Made by a program: the position numbers and the translations under genes. Positions 39,460 to 54,600 of a stretch of DNA of 64,000 nt are shown here, in pieces. This DNA is from Antedon mediterranea. Its lineage: Eukaryota > Animalia > Echinodermata. Where the stretch lies: the NCBI RefSeq assembly GCF_964355755.1, contig NC_092676.1, positions 16,386,871 to 16,450,870 on the forward strand, given 5' to 3'. The stretch's first letter is position 1; every line of letters starts with the position of its first letter. The notes below the pieces were generated by a model, which did not search any database, was not told where the DNA came from, and was given only the letters and a program-made list of their open reading frames with translations.

Positions 39460-41631
39460 TTAAATTAATGTTTAATTAATGTACGTCTGTATTAATATAC
39501 TGTGGCAATGTAAAAACTGTCAAGATATGTTACGAACATACTGTCATAGCTCTGAAAAAGGCTTTGCATTTATTTAGTTTACAGCAAATACTGTATCACT
39601 ATCAGTTGTCTCAACTGAGTTTATTCAGAATTAAAAAGAAGGAAATGAAAAAGAAATTATTATGAAATTGGAATTTTGTTAAATTACGCCAGTTTATTTG
39701 TAATGAGATACTAAAAGTGGATATTTCTGACTTCATTTATAACAAGATTCAATATTTGGTAAGTACTGTACAAGATTTTCATCTCATTAAAGTCTTGTAC
39801 AAGTAGAGCTTTCCAGTCACTCTTCAATCCATGTAATTGATTAGATATCTTGAGGAAAATTGAAGAGTCGCGGTAAACATGTTTTACATGTTTGCCTCAG
39901 CAAATCTTACATTTACTTTTTTTATTTTATGTCTTTTAAAGTTAAATACACTGAATAATAAGTTTGAAAATGCAGTATTGATGAAGATAGCCAACCCCAG
40001 CCAATAATTGAACTGAATATACTCATTGACAATATAGTTCCTCTTGTTAGTTAAAGACTGGAACCCTTAAACTTTGGGTCATGTACTGAACAACCACGCT
40101 TACTATACACTGATGTCTAGGGTTATTAGATTCAAACATAAGAAAGCAGTCCAGGTGACATACTTTTAATACTGTACTATTCCATTTTAATGTTTTTGAT
40201 TGCTTTATGTAATTTTATGTATCACTGTTTTTGTATGCGCGTCATATTTCAATGTTAAATGTTGCGTTTACGAGAATAACATAACTCATGGGGACGTTCA
40301 GTTTTATTTGTGTGTGGGTTAAACATCAACGATAATTTACCTCAGTTTGTAATGTGAATATAATTCAACTGAAAGGCCTGCTTTACTACAGTACATTCTC
40401 AGAAAATCATTGCAACTCATTCTCCGCAATAATTTTAGTACAGTAGTGCTACAGTATGACGTCATTGTTCACTCATACTCAGTTCAGAGACTGAACAGCA
40501 AAATGCCACTGAATATGTTTTCAAATTTGGCAGACATGCCAGTCGACTTGCGCATATCATAAAGTCCCTCTTATTCTCTACTGTAGTTTACCTGACCAGC
40601 ACAGTAGCTCTAAAATGTATTCAGGGAAGTAATTTTGAACGTCAAAATAAGATTCAAGAATTAGACAGTTTCATTGTTCAAAAAGTTAAGTGAAAGTAAT
40701 ATTGATTGTCTGACCAGTGTTTCAAATGTTGGATAATTACCCAACGAACGAAAGTAGACATGTTTCAGTTTAAATTCTGCAAACTTTGAATGTAGTAACA
40801 GAAAGAAAATACTGCAACTTTTCCTACGAAGTAGCTTCGTAGATACAGTAGAACGTACAGTATTTTGATACTCCTGATACAGTATGGCTACTGTACTCTG
40901 TTCTGATCATTCAGAATTGTGTGAATTATTAAAAATTATAATATTATTAATATTACGTGTGATGTCACAGTTTTTTAAATTTGTACACATTTTTGGTCAA
41001 TGTGAATATTTATTATGCGACATGGCAAAGTCAACAAATTTAAATGTTTGAATTAGTTTTTTTTTTCAGGAGGACAATACAGTACATCTTTAATAATTGT
41101 TTTATTTAAAAAATATGATTTATAATGACATTTCCGAATATACTTTAGTACATGTGATTTAATTTGAGTGGCCATTTGTCCTAAAGGTATAATGACATAA
41201 ATAGTATAATAAGTAAAGTAACATAGTTTTAAAATGTTAAATAAAATATTCCCACGTGTTATGAATTGAAATTCCAAATGCTTCAACTTTAATCACATCG
41301 GTCTGGTTGTACAAACTGCCAATAGATAGGTTTAGTTCTCATTTTAGGTTAATCCTTGTAAATTCACAAAAAATTTTGCTGATATTTTTCTGATGAACAC
41401 ATAAAATTACCGATACACTTTAAATTCAAAGTATTGAATTTTAGTTATTATTAGTAATTCCCCTTTCTTTTCTAAGTCGCATAATAATTTTTGACAAATT
41501 AATGTAGCATGTAAAGCTCTTCTTTTTGGTTTTCCACTGTACTGTACAAGTGTCAAAACAAAGCATGCTGACCAATTATGAAGACGATACAGTACATGTT
41601 TTTACTACTGTATATACTCGCAACGTGCTAA

Positions 41632-42003
41632 AGGCCGGTGCACATCGAACAATTTACACAAAGAGCCACGTGTCAAGTATCAATTTAAACCGTGATTTTG
41701 TCGCGACGGACAATTCTGGTGTGAACATCAAATCGAACTCGTAGTTGTTGTTCATTCTCAACTTAAATGCAGTAAATATGGAAATGGAAGACTCTGCGCG
41801 TTAATTTGTTAGAGTTACTCCATGGACAACTTTTTTGTTTTCGCCTAAAAATTCACTTCAATCTGACCACTCTAATCACAAGGATCATAAGGGCTATGTG
41901 TGATGTCATCAGTCAGATGAAGATGTTGTGTCAGCGATGTAAAATTTGAGACCATGATTCACGAGCATTCTTAGCTTTGCGTGTGATCAGTGTACACCAG
42001 CCT
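41632..42003. mobile_element. PIF/Harbinger-type MITE, diverged
   Basis: Imperfect TIRs aggccggtgcaca / tgtacaccagcct, flanked by TAA on both sides. Confidence 0.55.
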
Positions 42004-45000
42004 TAAGCAACTACTGTATAGTACTGTACAAAGTTTCCAAGTCTAAAATAATTCTGCACATGTTCAGAAACAATAAATATGCTTACAGCCGGTGTTTTAA
42101 CATGTTTAAACTACTGAAACTTTCTACAGTATTTGCTTTGGAAATTTTTCATCAAGCCTACTAAAATTGATATAGAAAGTTTTGAACTCTGTAGACATGA
42201 CAGTTTATCAATGTACTGTATAGTACTGTAATCTATGTCAGTCTACAGTATGCACATTAGTGATTAATATGTACAGTACTATTATGAGTTTTGATTCTAT
42301 TTTTGAATAGTGACATGAACAATATCTGTGAATGATATAAGGCGTTTGATTCTATCACACCTGCTTACTGTGATTACCCAGCTGCAAAGGAACGCATTAC
42401 ATTGACGTCTTGGAAGTGACACGGACATGTTTGCTAGCTAGACATCTTGGAAACGAAAAGGTGACATTTTGAAAGAGTGCCAAATCAGGGGGTAAGATTT
42501 GACATAATTCTACAAACATTTTAAAACTTTGACAAAACAATAGATTTAACAATTCTGTTCAATTGGGGCTGTTGATTAGTTCAATTGTCTGTGGGAAAGT
42601 TCAGTCAATTATTTAGGTAGGTGTGTTTAGAAAGTCTTGTGTCACCTATAGTATAGCCACTGAAAATACTGATGATCACTCGAAGTCTACCTTATACTAC
42701 AGTACAGTATTGTGATACTGCCATCATGTCAGAAAGACATAAAACCAGGTATCCCTGCTTGAATGTAATTGTGTAATGATTTCTGTTAACTTGTTGCAAT
42801 GTGTTGAACTATAAATTGTTGATTATGAAGTGTAGTTATCACTTTATATTTTAATTGGAACATCTTTGTGACTTTTACAGCTAAAAATAACGTTAATAAA
42901 GATCAAAATACTGAATGGAACTACAATGGCATTATCTATCAAAGTAATTTCAAATGCTACAATACAGTTATACAATGCATATTTGTACATTTGTATCTAT
43001 TTTAAAGACAAATTGACAGGAAAGGTTACAAAGTACAGTTCCTTTTATGTAGTGTATTTAACTATAATAATGATATTGATAATAATCTTAAATCCTATGC
43101 TATTTATTATTATATATTTTTTACTTTTTCATAATTTCTATTCCTTTAAACTTTAACTAGTAGAAGCACTGTTCAAAGTTTACTGTAGCATTGGAATATT
43201 ATAGTATGGCCTTTACACTGTGATGTTAGTAGTACATTATTCACTTTCTTAATTTCGGTGCATAATGTTTAAGTAGAACAAACTGATCATATTTACAGTA
43301 TAGTTAATTGGTTTTGTTTGTCTGAGCTCACTTAACGTGGACCAAGATAGTAAAGACAGTATTCCAAATTCCAAGAATTCTAAGCCTTTCATTCACTCTA
43401 TTTTTTTAGTCAGGTTGTGTAATTATCAATGTCTCTTGCTTTTTATAAAAGAATGACTCCATGTCTGATGGATTTCTTTACCTGAACAGTTGTCATGTAT
43501 TTACTTCTCATTTAAATAAATTCACTGAATTCCAGCATGTATTTTTTTTTCTTCAGATTAGCAAGTATTACTATGATATTTTGATGATAATATGGTTTAT
43601 CCATTACATACCAGGTAAGAATAAACGATGTAAAATACTAAATCCTATGACTAAAGTATTAATATCACTGTGTATACATAAGGAAGTAGAAGATGGACAT
43701 TCATAATTGGTTTAATCTGTATGATAGACACATACTGTACTTCACTGATCCTTTGATTGCTTGAGAGAGTGTTAAATCAATGTTGTGTTGACAACTTGTT
43801 GTGAATATCATGTTTATTAAGGAGGCTAAAGGAGATAATTGATATGAGTTGCTACTGTGTATTTAGACTTGGTTGATTAGCTTACAGTGTTGCTTATTAG
43901 GTGTGTACTTGTCTTTCACACCCTTATGTCTAGGTTCAATCATTACACATTTGCATTCACCCATGTGATATTGAACGTGTGTTTTCATATACTGTGCTTA
44001 TTATTGTACATGTTCCTTGGCCAACATCATAACCTTTCCATTTTGGAAACTGAAATAGCATTCAGCGAAACATTTAAGGTTAAATGTGTTATGTTTTCAC
44101 ATTATGAAATTATTTGTACCATTTCACTCATAAACATTCATTATTTTAAATATAATACTAGCTACTACAGTACTATTGCATCCAATCGTGGATTTACCTC
44201 CAAAATCCATGATCTGTAGCGTATTAAAGTATGATAATAGAAGAAATGAGATGTTAGAGCAGAAAAGGACGAGTTCAATTTGGGGAGGCCTTCATCCTGC
44301 AGTGGGCTGTGTCATATACAATAAGTACAGTACATTCATAATAATGGATACTTAAATGAGTTCTTGAATACTTTCATGATTGGCATTTAAGGTGTAAACA
44401 ATGTTGTAAACCATAAACCAAGGAGTATGTTTGTTTTGAGGTTTGTACAGTACTCTTCCTAAAATATACAGTTGACTTCTGTCAACACTACCAGGATTTC
44501 AACATGCCTATGTTCTGTGAAGTTATCCGGTCATTGAACTATTACAGATATAATGTTTATTTTTACAAAAAAAATAAATACAGAAGAATAAGATGAATTA
44601 AAACATAGATTAAAATAGAATGAAAAACAGAAAAAAAAAATATATAAAGTGTATTAATAATTTATTATTATATTATTATTTAATAATAAAATAAATAATG
44701 AATATTCAATAATAATATTATACTGTAGATTATTAAAAAACAAATACATAGAAACCGTTTCTGCAGTGCAAATGGTGTGATTAATATGTTCAGCAATTTG
44801 TTAATAATAATAATATTTATTTGGAACAATACTTTTTTAACAGTGGCACACATGCGTAGATACATCCATACAAATTCATCTACTGTACATCTTTGTGAAG
44901 TTTATTGTGTAAGATAAACATTAATTTTATGGAAAGTGGAATGTTTATTGTGCTGTATTGATGGTCATTGATATCTTCTACAATAACATGATTGATGTGG

Positions 45001-45310
45001 TTGACACAAGTGTGAAACATACCTTAATGTTCAATTTAATGTTAATAGTTCTTTGTTGTAGCTTTATGGTAGCAATGAGCCTGTCATGTGTTTGTTACAT
45101 TTTTTGAATTAATTATGTAGTCCTAGGCTTTTGTCTGCTACAGTAAAGGCTATCTCACACAGTTCTAGCATTAAGATGTGCTATAAATTATAAATCATAG
45201 AGAAAAAAATGAAGGTGTTAAAACAAATAAAAACATAGTTATTTTCGAAAAAACGCCCCTCTTTGAATAAACCCACCCCTACCTCCCATACTTTAGAACA
45301 TAATTTGGAA

Positions 45311-48092
45311 CTAGAATTTAATTCGTCACTTTGACGAATTATAGGTGATCATTTTTATCGCTTTACTGACATTAATATTTTTTAAACATGCACGTACGTT
45401 AACATACAATAGGAAAATGTTGATGTATACCATCCTGATATACGCTATAGTGCTGAGTTGTGCCTATCATGTGTCATATACAATATGTACAGTATATACT
45501 GTATATCTATATACAGTGTAGCATAGGTGAAATTACGGGACCCACATCATGTTCAAATTTTTTGGTACGATGGAATTATCAAAATAAACTCGAAGATGAC
45601 AATTTCGAAAGATAATGAATTGAGCAAATAAATATAAGGATTGGAAGATAATTTGACACGTAGAAGCGCAATGCGCGCTCTTTGAAATTTGTATAACTTT
45701 GACTAAAGAAATTTAAAAACAACGTTTTAACTTCAACTGGCCATATGATAACATCACAACATCCGATGGGCTTAATTTTTATATGAATTCATATCTACAT
45801 TTATTCAGCTTTCATAATAAATTATAATCTTCAAGGTCACCTTTAATTCTGAAGAGCTATAACATATTCAAATGTATGGTGTAGCTGAAATTACACGACC
45901 TTGGTTATTAAAGTTTTTACACATGATGACGTCAACAAAATAAAAATGTTGACAACTCTTGAGAAAGATAATTAATTGAGCAAGCACATACTAAAATTTC
46001 GGCGAAAATCGGGCTCAAATAACGGAGATGCGCTCTATTGAATGTGATAACCCACACAAAAAGATAAAAATTACTAATTTTTAAATTGAAGTGGCCATTT
46101 GATGACGTCATACCATTTTGTACGTCTAATGTGTACATGAATATGTATCTACAACCCAATGGCTTCCCGAATAAGTTAAAAAAATTGGGGGTCACCTGCC
46201 ATTCTGAAGAGTTATATTCATTTTAAAAAGGCCTTATTTTTCACCATTTTCAGCACTTTGATGCAATTAATTTGCGCATTTTGTTATTTTTAACCTGCTC
46301 GTATAGCGTTATTTTAAGTCGGAACTGACTCAAATTTGGTGAATGTACTAAGGATGGTGAGTAGAACGCGATTTGTATAAAAAAATTGCAATTTTTACGC
46401 TTTGTAAGTATCGCGCGCGCAAAATATTTTTTTTGCGCAGTAATTTTTTGAAACACGCAATTGGCCTAATTCATGCTCTAAATTGATTAAAACGTAATTT
46501 TGAGCTTTTTAAATTTTTACTGCGCGATTCCACGCGCATGACCCTACGTGCACGCGCGTTTTTACTTGCTAATATCTTTACCCTTGACCTGAAGTTTACG
46601 TGTAGTGAATTTCATAAATATGTGATAATGAATTATGGATATATGATTGATAATGTGATTTCACAAAATGGCGTATACGTGACGTCACGGGTGAGAGATC
46701 ACGCTGAAAAGCTTATTATGGCTATAAGTTAAAGTATTTGAAAGACATTGTTAAATTTTTGTGATTATTGCTATTCAACTTTTTGAGATATTTGATGAAC
46801 AAAAATTTTACAGAAAGAAGAATAACAATAACTAGATTTGAACTCGTCACGTTGACGAGTTAGGCTATCGCCCAACGCATCGTAACACGCACATGTTATT
46901 TATTATGCTTAGTCTACAATAGGCTGCTCTACAACGATTGTAAAGAACAGCTGGAATACATCAAAATCGTTTAATAAGTGTCAACAGTTGACGGTATTAG
47001 CATTGTAAACGGTTTAGTTGACGGTTATTTTTTATTTTACACCACTCACGTTTATTCAATTGTTTGAAAATGATGACCTTTTCAAATTAAAAAAAAAAGT
47101 TCATAAGTTTAAAAAGGAATTATTTTAGTAATAAAATATTGAAAATTGGAAGAAAATTGATACCGTTTACGCGGTATGCGCTCTATTGAATGTGACGAAC
47201 TGTGTCGAAAGAGACAAAATCCCTATATTTTACATTTGTGTGGCCATACGATGACGTCACAACAGCCCAGAGGTAAAAATTTTGCATGAATTCATATCTA
47301 CAATATATCTGCTTACATATTAGGTTAAAAAAATTGGGGGTCACCAGACATCCCGGAGAGCTATAATCGATTCAAAATAGGCATATTTTTACACAAATTT
47401 GCATAAAATTACCAATTTTCAAGCGCACGATTTTTAAAGTTTGACGTGCACGTGTTATTATTTTGCATTCATAATTCATCAAATATGAAAGAAATATATC
47501 ATAAAACTATGAAAAACAATAATCAAACGCAAAAACGGGCTTTCTAGGCTGCGTACGAGCGAAGTGCGCAATAGCGCGCGCGCAACGCAAATTTTTTTGA
47601 AAAATGTGAAATGCTTAAAATGTCCTGAAACGTGTAGAAAGTTGATTAGAAATTGATTTTGAGCATTTTTAACTTTCAAAGCGCGCGTACGCGCGATTTG
47701 ACCAATGTTCAAAATTTTGCTGATGATACAGGAAGATGACCCTTGACATAAAGCATACGTGTGTCAAGTGGTATTTAAAAATAGCTATTGGTTTTCAAGT
47801 TATAGTCAATCTAAGAATTTCAGAAAATCGCGCGTAGTTACGCTACGCGACCATATTTTCATTAAACCAAAGTTTGTTGCACAACTACATATATACGTGC
47901 ATCTGCTGGCCAAGTTACAACATAACTGCTATTGCCATTTTTGAGATATGCGACCAACAAAAAATGAGCAGAAAAAATGAAATCTCTGACAATAACAATA
48001 GGCTATCTCGCTCTACAGAGAGCGATAGCCTAATAATAAAGATTTTGTACAATAACAATAGGTGATCATTTTATTCTAAATGATCACCTAAT
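45311..48092 (-). mobile_element. Helentron-associated (HINE/DINE-1-like) non-autonomous element, outer copy
   Basis: One end has CTAG (45311), hairpin aattcgtca-ctt-tgacgaatt (45320-45340) and subTIR taggtgatcattt (45342-45354). The other end has taggtgatcattt...aaatgatcaccta (48059-48090), the subTIR plus its inverted copy. Confidence 0.8.
46832..48033 (-). mobile_element. HINE/DINE-1-like element, inner nested copy
   Basis: CTAG (46832), hairpin aactcgtca-cgt-tgacgagtt (46841-46861) and subTIR ttaggctatcgc (46860-46871). The other end is taggctatc...gcgatagcctaa (47999-48033). Confidence 0.8.
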
Positions 48093-49812
48093 AAATGTTC
48101 CTCTTGAATAAATGCCCAAGGCATTTATTTCTGCCCAATGTGTTTATTTATTCCCTTGATGAATAAACGCCCTGTCACATGCATTTCATACATTGTAGAA
48201 CAATTCATTGACTGCCATAATCTACAACTTACCAAGCATTTTTTTCTGTATTTTAGCAATTGTGTTGTATATATCTAGGGGATATCATTTGATTATAAAT
48301 GTTACCATATATACCAAACAAAATAAATGCCACTCTCGAATAAACACCCCACTCCCCCTAATAACCCTCTTGAACAATACATTCCCCTGGCGTTTATTTG
48401 AATAAATACAGTTTCATCACTTTAAGATGTTTCTTTCTGCATATTCATTCTGGGTGTGCTGTCCTTTACATCATTGTAGGCTCACTTTATACCTCAGATT
48501 ATTGGCTTTCAATCCCATTCCTGTTTTCAATTTCTAAACTTGGGGCTTCCTCCACCCACAATACTGTACAAAAATGCTATACAGTTTTTAAAAAACATTA
48601 AATGTACAGTACAACCATAATTATTAAATTTAAAAAAATGTAACACCAAGTTTACTAAAAATTGGTTTAAAAGTTGTACAAACTACAAGCCACATCACAG
48701 TAGAAGCAAGGAAGTTGGAACTAACTGGTCAGTACCAGTTGTGCCTTTTCATCCCGTATCTTTATCCGAGCACCCTACCAACAGACGTTTTTTTTTTATT
48801 GTAAAACACACAGCAAAATGTAGATGGGCTTTTTAAATATTAGAATAATTTTAATTCATTTTATTACTGTTATAGTCCATCTTAGTTATTGTTTTCAAAT
48901 TATTTTAAATTTTAAGTACCGTATTTTGGTAAATTATGTTGTTTAGTCCTTTTTGGAAGTCCTGAGAGTAAAGACAAAGACTTTTTAGAATAAAATTTAT
49001 CAAATTTTAGTGTAACTTGACTCCAATTTTAAGGAAATCTAACAAATCTACCACTTATTCAGGAAGGATGTTACAAAGCAGTTACTTTATAGCCTTGCTC
49101 CATTGGGTCATAGGTCATGGTATTCAAATAGATTATTGATGATCATACTTGTATGTAAAATTTAAAAACAAATTTACAAGTTCAAGAAATGTATGGTAAG
49201 TAGATGTTGTTATAATAATAATATTCTTTAGAAATGTTTAGTTTTAAATAATAGTATTTATTTTACTCTCTAAAGGCTAATATGTTCACACATTGTCCCT
49301 GCCTTTCTGTATGTTATACATTTTATGTGTGATTTTGCTGTGAATTTTTCTACTTTTGATCCGTCATTTTCAATCAGATTTGTAATACAATATTGTCAGA
49401 CTTTTGTCTGATTTTTGTAATTTGTATACCTGAAAATAGAAAATAACATACTACTACAGTATTAGCTATTATTGCGATATGTTTGCGATATGTTACAAAA
49501 GATAACTTCATTTTACCTATGATTATTCCTATTGTACAACAAAGATTGATTGTCAAAATAGTTACTGTTCCTGATCTTGGTAGCCTAACCTGGTTAGCTG
49601 ACTAGCAATGATCCGGATTGCACTATCCAAATCGAGCGTTCCCAAAAAGACTGCAATTGTTGGGATCCCGTTTTGGAGTCTGTGTGAACGAGACCAATCT
49701 CCTTGCTTTTTGCTATTTAAATTCACTTTCTTGACAGACCTGTTTTTGTTTACCAATACATTCAATTTTAGGAATTCTGAGTTTCTATTCTAATAAACCC
49801 ATTTGTCATCTT

Positions 49813-50003
49813 AAGGCCAACACGGACTGCATCATACACCGAGGCCCGGGCGAAATTTTTTGACTTGTCAGTGCTCTCTGAGTTTGATCACGACGAGACA
49901 AGTCATCTTGAGATAGTGTCGTGCATAGTTTTTAGGTGTCAGGAGAACTCTAAACATGTTTCATTTTCTTGGGCCTCATTGTACGACGCTGTCTGAGTTG
50001 GCA
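49813..50003. mobile_element. Diverged copy of the MITE at 12163-12368
   Basis: aggccaacacggactgc ... cgctgtctgagttggc with a colinear interior. Confidence 0.7.
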
Positions 50004-50518
50004 GTTAGAAGCATGGTGCTACATAATTGCGTAGGACCAAAATCCCAGGGATATTGAGGCCTTTCAAGATTAAATTTTATGGAGATGATGTTTCACGACA
50101 AATAAAATTTTATAATATAAACTTGAAATTCAAAGTGTGCCCTTCTGTTATTCAACAACCATGAACGAACCATTTAAACGCAGAAAACCTTGTCTTGTAG
50201 GCATTGAGGATGCACAATACAACAGGGCTAATACTGTAGTAATACATTATGTGCACAGTGATAAACGATATGCACAGTCGTACCATACAGTACTGTAGGT
50301 GCATATTGATACTGATAGATGTTCATTCATAGTGCTATATGAACAGACCATACAGTAGGTGCATATTGATACTGATAGATGTTCATTCATAGTGCTATAT
50401 GAACAGTGCTATATGAACAGAGCTAAATGTGCTCAGTAATAATAATTTAGAGAGATGTTTAGTTTTACATGTGTCTTGTGCACAGTGCTTTTAACTTTTA
50501 AGGTGTTCACAGTTTTAT

Positions 50519-51602
50519 GGGGTGTCACGAAAGCTCAGACCACGAAAGCTCAGACCCCCTAAGACCTAAGATCACGAAAGCTAAGACCCAACACCTAAGA
50601 TTACAAATATTTATCTTTCACACCTGCCTTGTATTTTAACTCCTAACATTTATTCTGAATACCACACCTTAGAATTGGCACTTTCATGAAAAAGAATCAC
50701 ATAAAAAGTAACAAATACATTTTTAAATTGATGATTTTACAGACGTTTTTCTCGCACACAAAATGACTAGCCTACAGTACAGTAGGCCTACCCCATGGGC
50801 CATGTTCAATGTTTTTGTTTCTATGGAACGTCAAAAGAGCAAAAATTATATAGAGGGCTGAAAACTCTGTGGAGTCCATCTACAGTGTGGATGGAACAAT
50901 GTAAAATTATAATTGTAATGATAATAGTATAATCATGCAAGTACGAAGAAATAAATACTGGCAAATAAATTTTAATTTAAAAATCATGATAAGTTTTTTT
51001 GTTTCGTTTTCTTTCTGTTTTTATACTTGTACTATTATTGTTGCTCTTTTGGCGCTTCATAGAAACAAAAACATTGAGCATGGGGAGCTCGAGGAGTTAC
51101 ATTACAGTATACAAAGAAACACATCTGTAAAATCATCAATTTAAAGGATTTATTTATTTGTTATTATGTGTTTCTCCTTCTGAAAGTACTTATATAAGTC
51201 CTAATTTTAATGTGTGGTGTTCAGGATAAAGTTAGTCAACAAATTTGGAGTCAAAATACAAGAAAGGCAGGTGCGTAAGAAAAACATCCTCTGAACCAAC
51301 ACAATGGAGTAAATATATACCAACAAACAACCCGTCAAGTTTGTTTGTTGTAAAGAAAAAATATACATTTACTCAACGGGCGAAAATAATGTGAGTTTAT
51401 CTATGTTTTGCGGTAGTATTAAATTATATTTATGGTAATAAATGAAACCTACTGTGTTTAAAATTATGTATGGATAAACAAGTATTGTTTTTAAGCTGTA
51501 GTATATCTTAGTATTTGTAATCTTAGGTGTTGGGTCTTAGCTTTCGTGATCTTAGGTCTTAGGGGGTTTGAGCTTTCGTGGTCTGAGCTTTCGTGACACC
51601 CC
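50519..51602. mobile_element. Fold-back / MULE-like element with about 90-bp TIRs
   Basis: ggggtgtcacgaaagctcagacc...aagattacaaata is matched in inverse at 51511-51602, with target duplication (c)agttttat(g) of 8-10 bp. Confidence 0.88.
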
Positions 51603-54600
51603 AGTTTTATGTGCACAGTGCTATGTGACTATTTGTACAGTGCTATAAATAACTGTATTGCATAGAAGTTTGCAGTGCTATCTGCACAGTGCCTTTATGT
51701 TCACAGTTCTTTTGCACAGTGTTTAGATGGTCACAGATGTGCACAGTGTGCTGGATTTTCTCCCCTTTTTAAAAGTTTTTTTGATTGACTTTCTCTCAGT
51801 CTCATACTCTTAAACAAAATATTTATTTTTGTTGAGAATTTCTCTGTTTCTGTCCATTATCCATTGTGATTTATCAGAAAAGTGTAATTTTATAGGATCA
51901 ATAGGCCTATACTATTAGTTTGGGAATTTTAATCCTTGATCTACATTCATTGAATCTCCATGACATAAAAATAGGTCATCCCAAACCCACCAGCATGTTT
52001 TTGAATACAAACGTACGCATCATTTATGATCCAGTCAAGATCGTAAACAATAGATATATTTCTGTTCAATGATTCTTAACAATTGAACCTCAACAAAAGG
52101 GATTTCACGGTCTTAGTCTTTTTGACATTCTCATCAAATATCAGATGCTCGGTTAATATTTATGAGAAAACAAGTGAATATATTTATGCTGATATTTTTA
52201 TTTTACATAGCAAAATGTTGAGATTTTTTTTACAGTAGATAATTAGTTGTGGAAAGCTTCATAGAGAGAAGGCTTTATTCATGTTTTGAGTTTTGGTTTT
52301 CTTGTCATAGTTTCTGTACAATGCACTCTGGTGACCGGTAAGTTTAATGGTTTGATTTGTTTACTCAATAGTACCTTTACATTGATCTAGCGTCACTGTA
52401 CATTTATTGACATAAAACGATTATTTCAGTTTCAAATGAATAATAAAAGCTTGACACCATACTGTGTGAATGAGATTTTGAATATTTGCTGGTTTGGTAG
52501 TGTTCATAAAACTTTAGAAATGGTTAGCTTGTTGAAAGAATTACAAAAAAAAACTGATCTAAAATAAATTGAAATACTGTACATTAAAAAAAAATATTTT
52601 CTTAAAATTTCTTATTACTTTACTATACCAAGAGATATGCCTGTCCCCGGACAATCCGTAACCCCTCTCTAGAGTTAGTTTAAATGTAGTTTAAATAACT
52701 TTTCCAGTACAATTCCGGCCATTTTGATATCCCATGTATGGATGTAAGCAGTAGCAAAGATTTATATGTACACTTTCTCTCTTGTAGTATATTAATTTTT
52801 TTTCTCTTTTGTGGTTGCCTCCACCTTTATTCACTCAATCTTTCATGAGTATACTCTATTCATATTTCATTTTCGTACGTTAAATTTCCATTTTTATCTT
52901 TTTTTGTTATTTTCTGATTTTTACACTTCTCTATTTTAACCATTATACATAGTGTTATGATCATGTATACAAATAACCATAAACTTATCCACACTTCATT
53001 ATGTACATAATATAATACATTTTTAAAATACAGTATATTTTGGAAATGTATGTCATGTCATTATTATTAAATACGCTTCAATTATGGATGCCACTTATAA
53101 GTTACAACATGCCTATTGTTCCTACTTTCCCAGCTATTGAGTTTCGTTTTTTTATTTTTTGAAATTGCAACTAAAGTAAATTACTAAATAGAGAAGTTTG
53201 TTCCTTCAATCAGTAAACAATGTGAGATCTGGTAGATCTTGTAAGATTGAGTTACCTCGGACTAGCTTCATACTGCCTCTATCATACTGTACAGGTAGAT
53301 ATAGAAAATTGTCTTTAGTGGATGGGTGTGTCCCTTAGGGGAGAAGAACATTAATATAGATTAACATCTAATATCCTTAAGCTCTCTGATCTTTAAAAAT
53401 GACACTACTTTTTTTAATTTAGTTATAAACATAATCGCAATGGTGGATTACTTGTCACCAAATTATATAATTATTATTTTCACATTTCAATGGTAAAAAT
53501 GTTAGAATAAATATAACATACAAAACTACACTGTAGTGCCATTTGTGTTGTACCTTCGTGGCCAAATTAGAAATAATATTAATATTAACTATTATATTTG
53601 TTGTTCAACAAGAGTAATATCCATCATCTTTGGCAAAATACATATTTCTGGTATTTATTGCTAGTTCTCATTGTTAATTTCTCATTGTTTGTTGGTTAAA
53701 TTCTGCACGATTGCTACCTTTATATTATTAATAATCAATTACAATGCTGTATATAATCTAATTGACTATTTGTTTGTAGTGTAGATTTTCTTTGTTAAAT
53801 ACTACGACTGTACAAGATGATATTCATTTGTGTAAAATGGTTGGACTGGAAAGGTAAAGGAAATTGAAAATTGCATGTCAGATGCTTTGCTTTTATAATT
53901 CTGTCCGTGTGAAATGGATCGAATCTGGTAATTGATTCTCTAGCTGGAGGAAGCGTTAAGATGAAATTCATCTTACCGAGCAATATTTTTAATTCAAAAA
54001 TCTGTCATTCTAAGATTTCCCTGATCATGACATATACTGTAGTAAGTATACTAATCCATGCTTTGTTAAAAAAATTAAACATCCTGAATGTTAAATATTT
54101 ATTTGTAAGCTGTTTGTCATACTGAGTACAGTATAATTTGCATAATATTTTGAAGATGTGGAATAGGATATGAGCAAGCACTTTATAATACAGAATAACA
54201 AGAGTGTACAACAATTTATCTTTCATGTTCAGTAGATTTATGTTGTGTCCTACTCCTAACTTTTAAAAATGTTTACTAAAAGAATTAGTTGAACTTTGCT
54301 TTGGTAATTATTAACCCTCAAACTTCTGCTGATAAAACGGTATAACAGAATCTTCTAACTACAGTATTCAAAATGATACCTGCTTTTGAACAATTATTTA
54401 ATTGTCGATCTATTGTTCATGCTCTGTCAACATAAAATAAAAAGCCCAATTGTAAAATACTTTGTCTTGACGTCCCCATTTGGATGAGTTTCATCATTTC
54501 AGAACCATGATCTTGTACTTGTAGTATTCCATATTTCTGTAGATTTTTAACTCAGAATATGGATTAACATTAATGTTGACTATTTCATGGGACTTACTGT

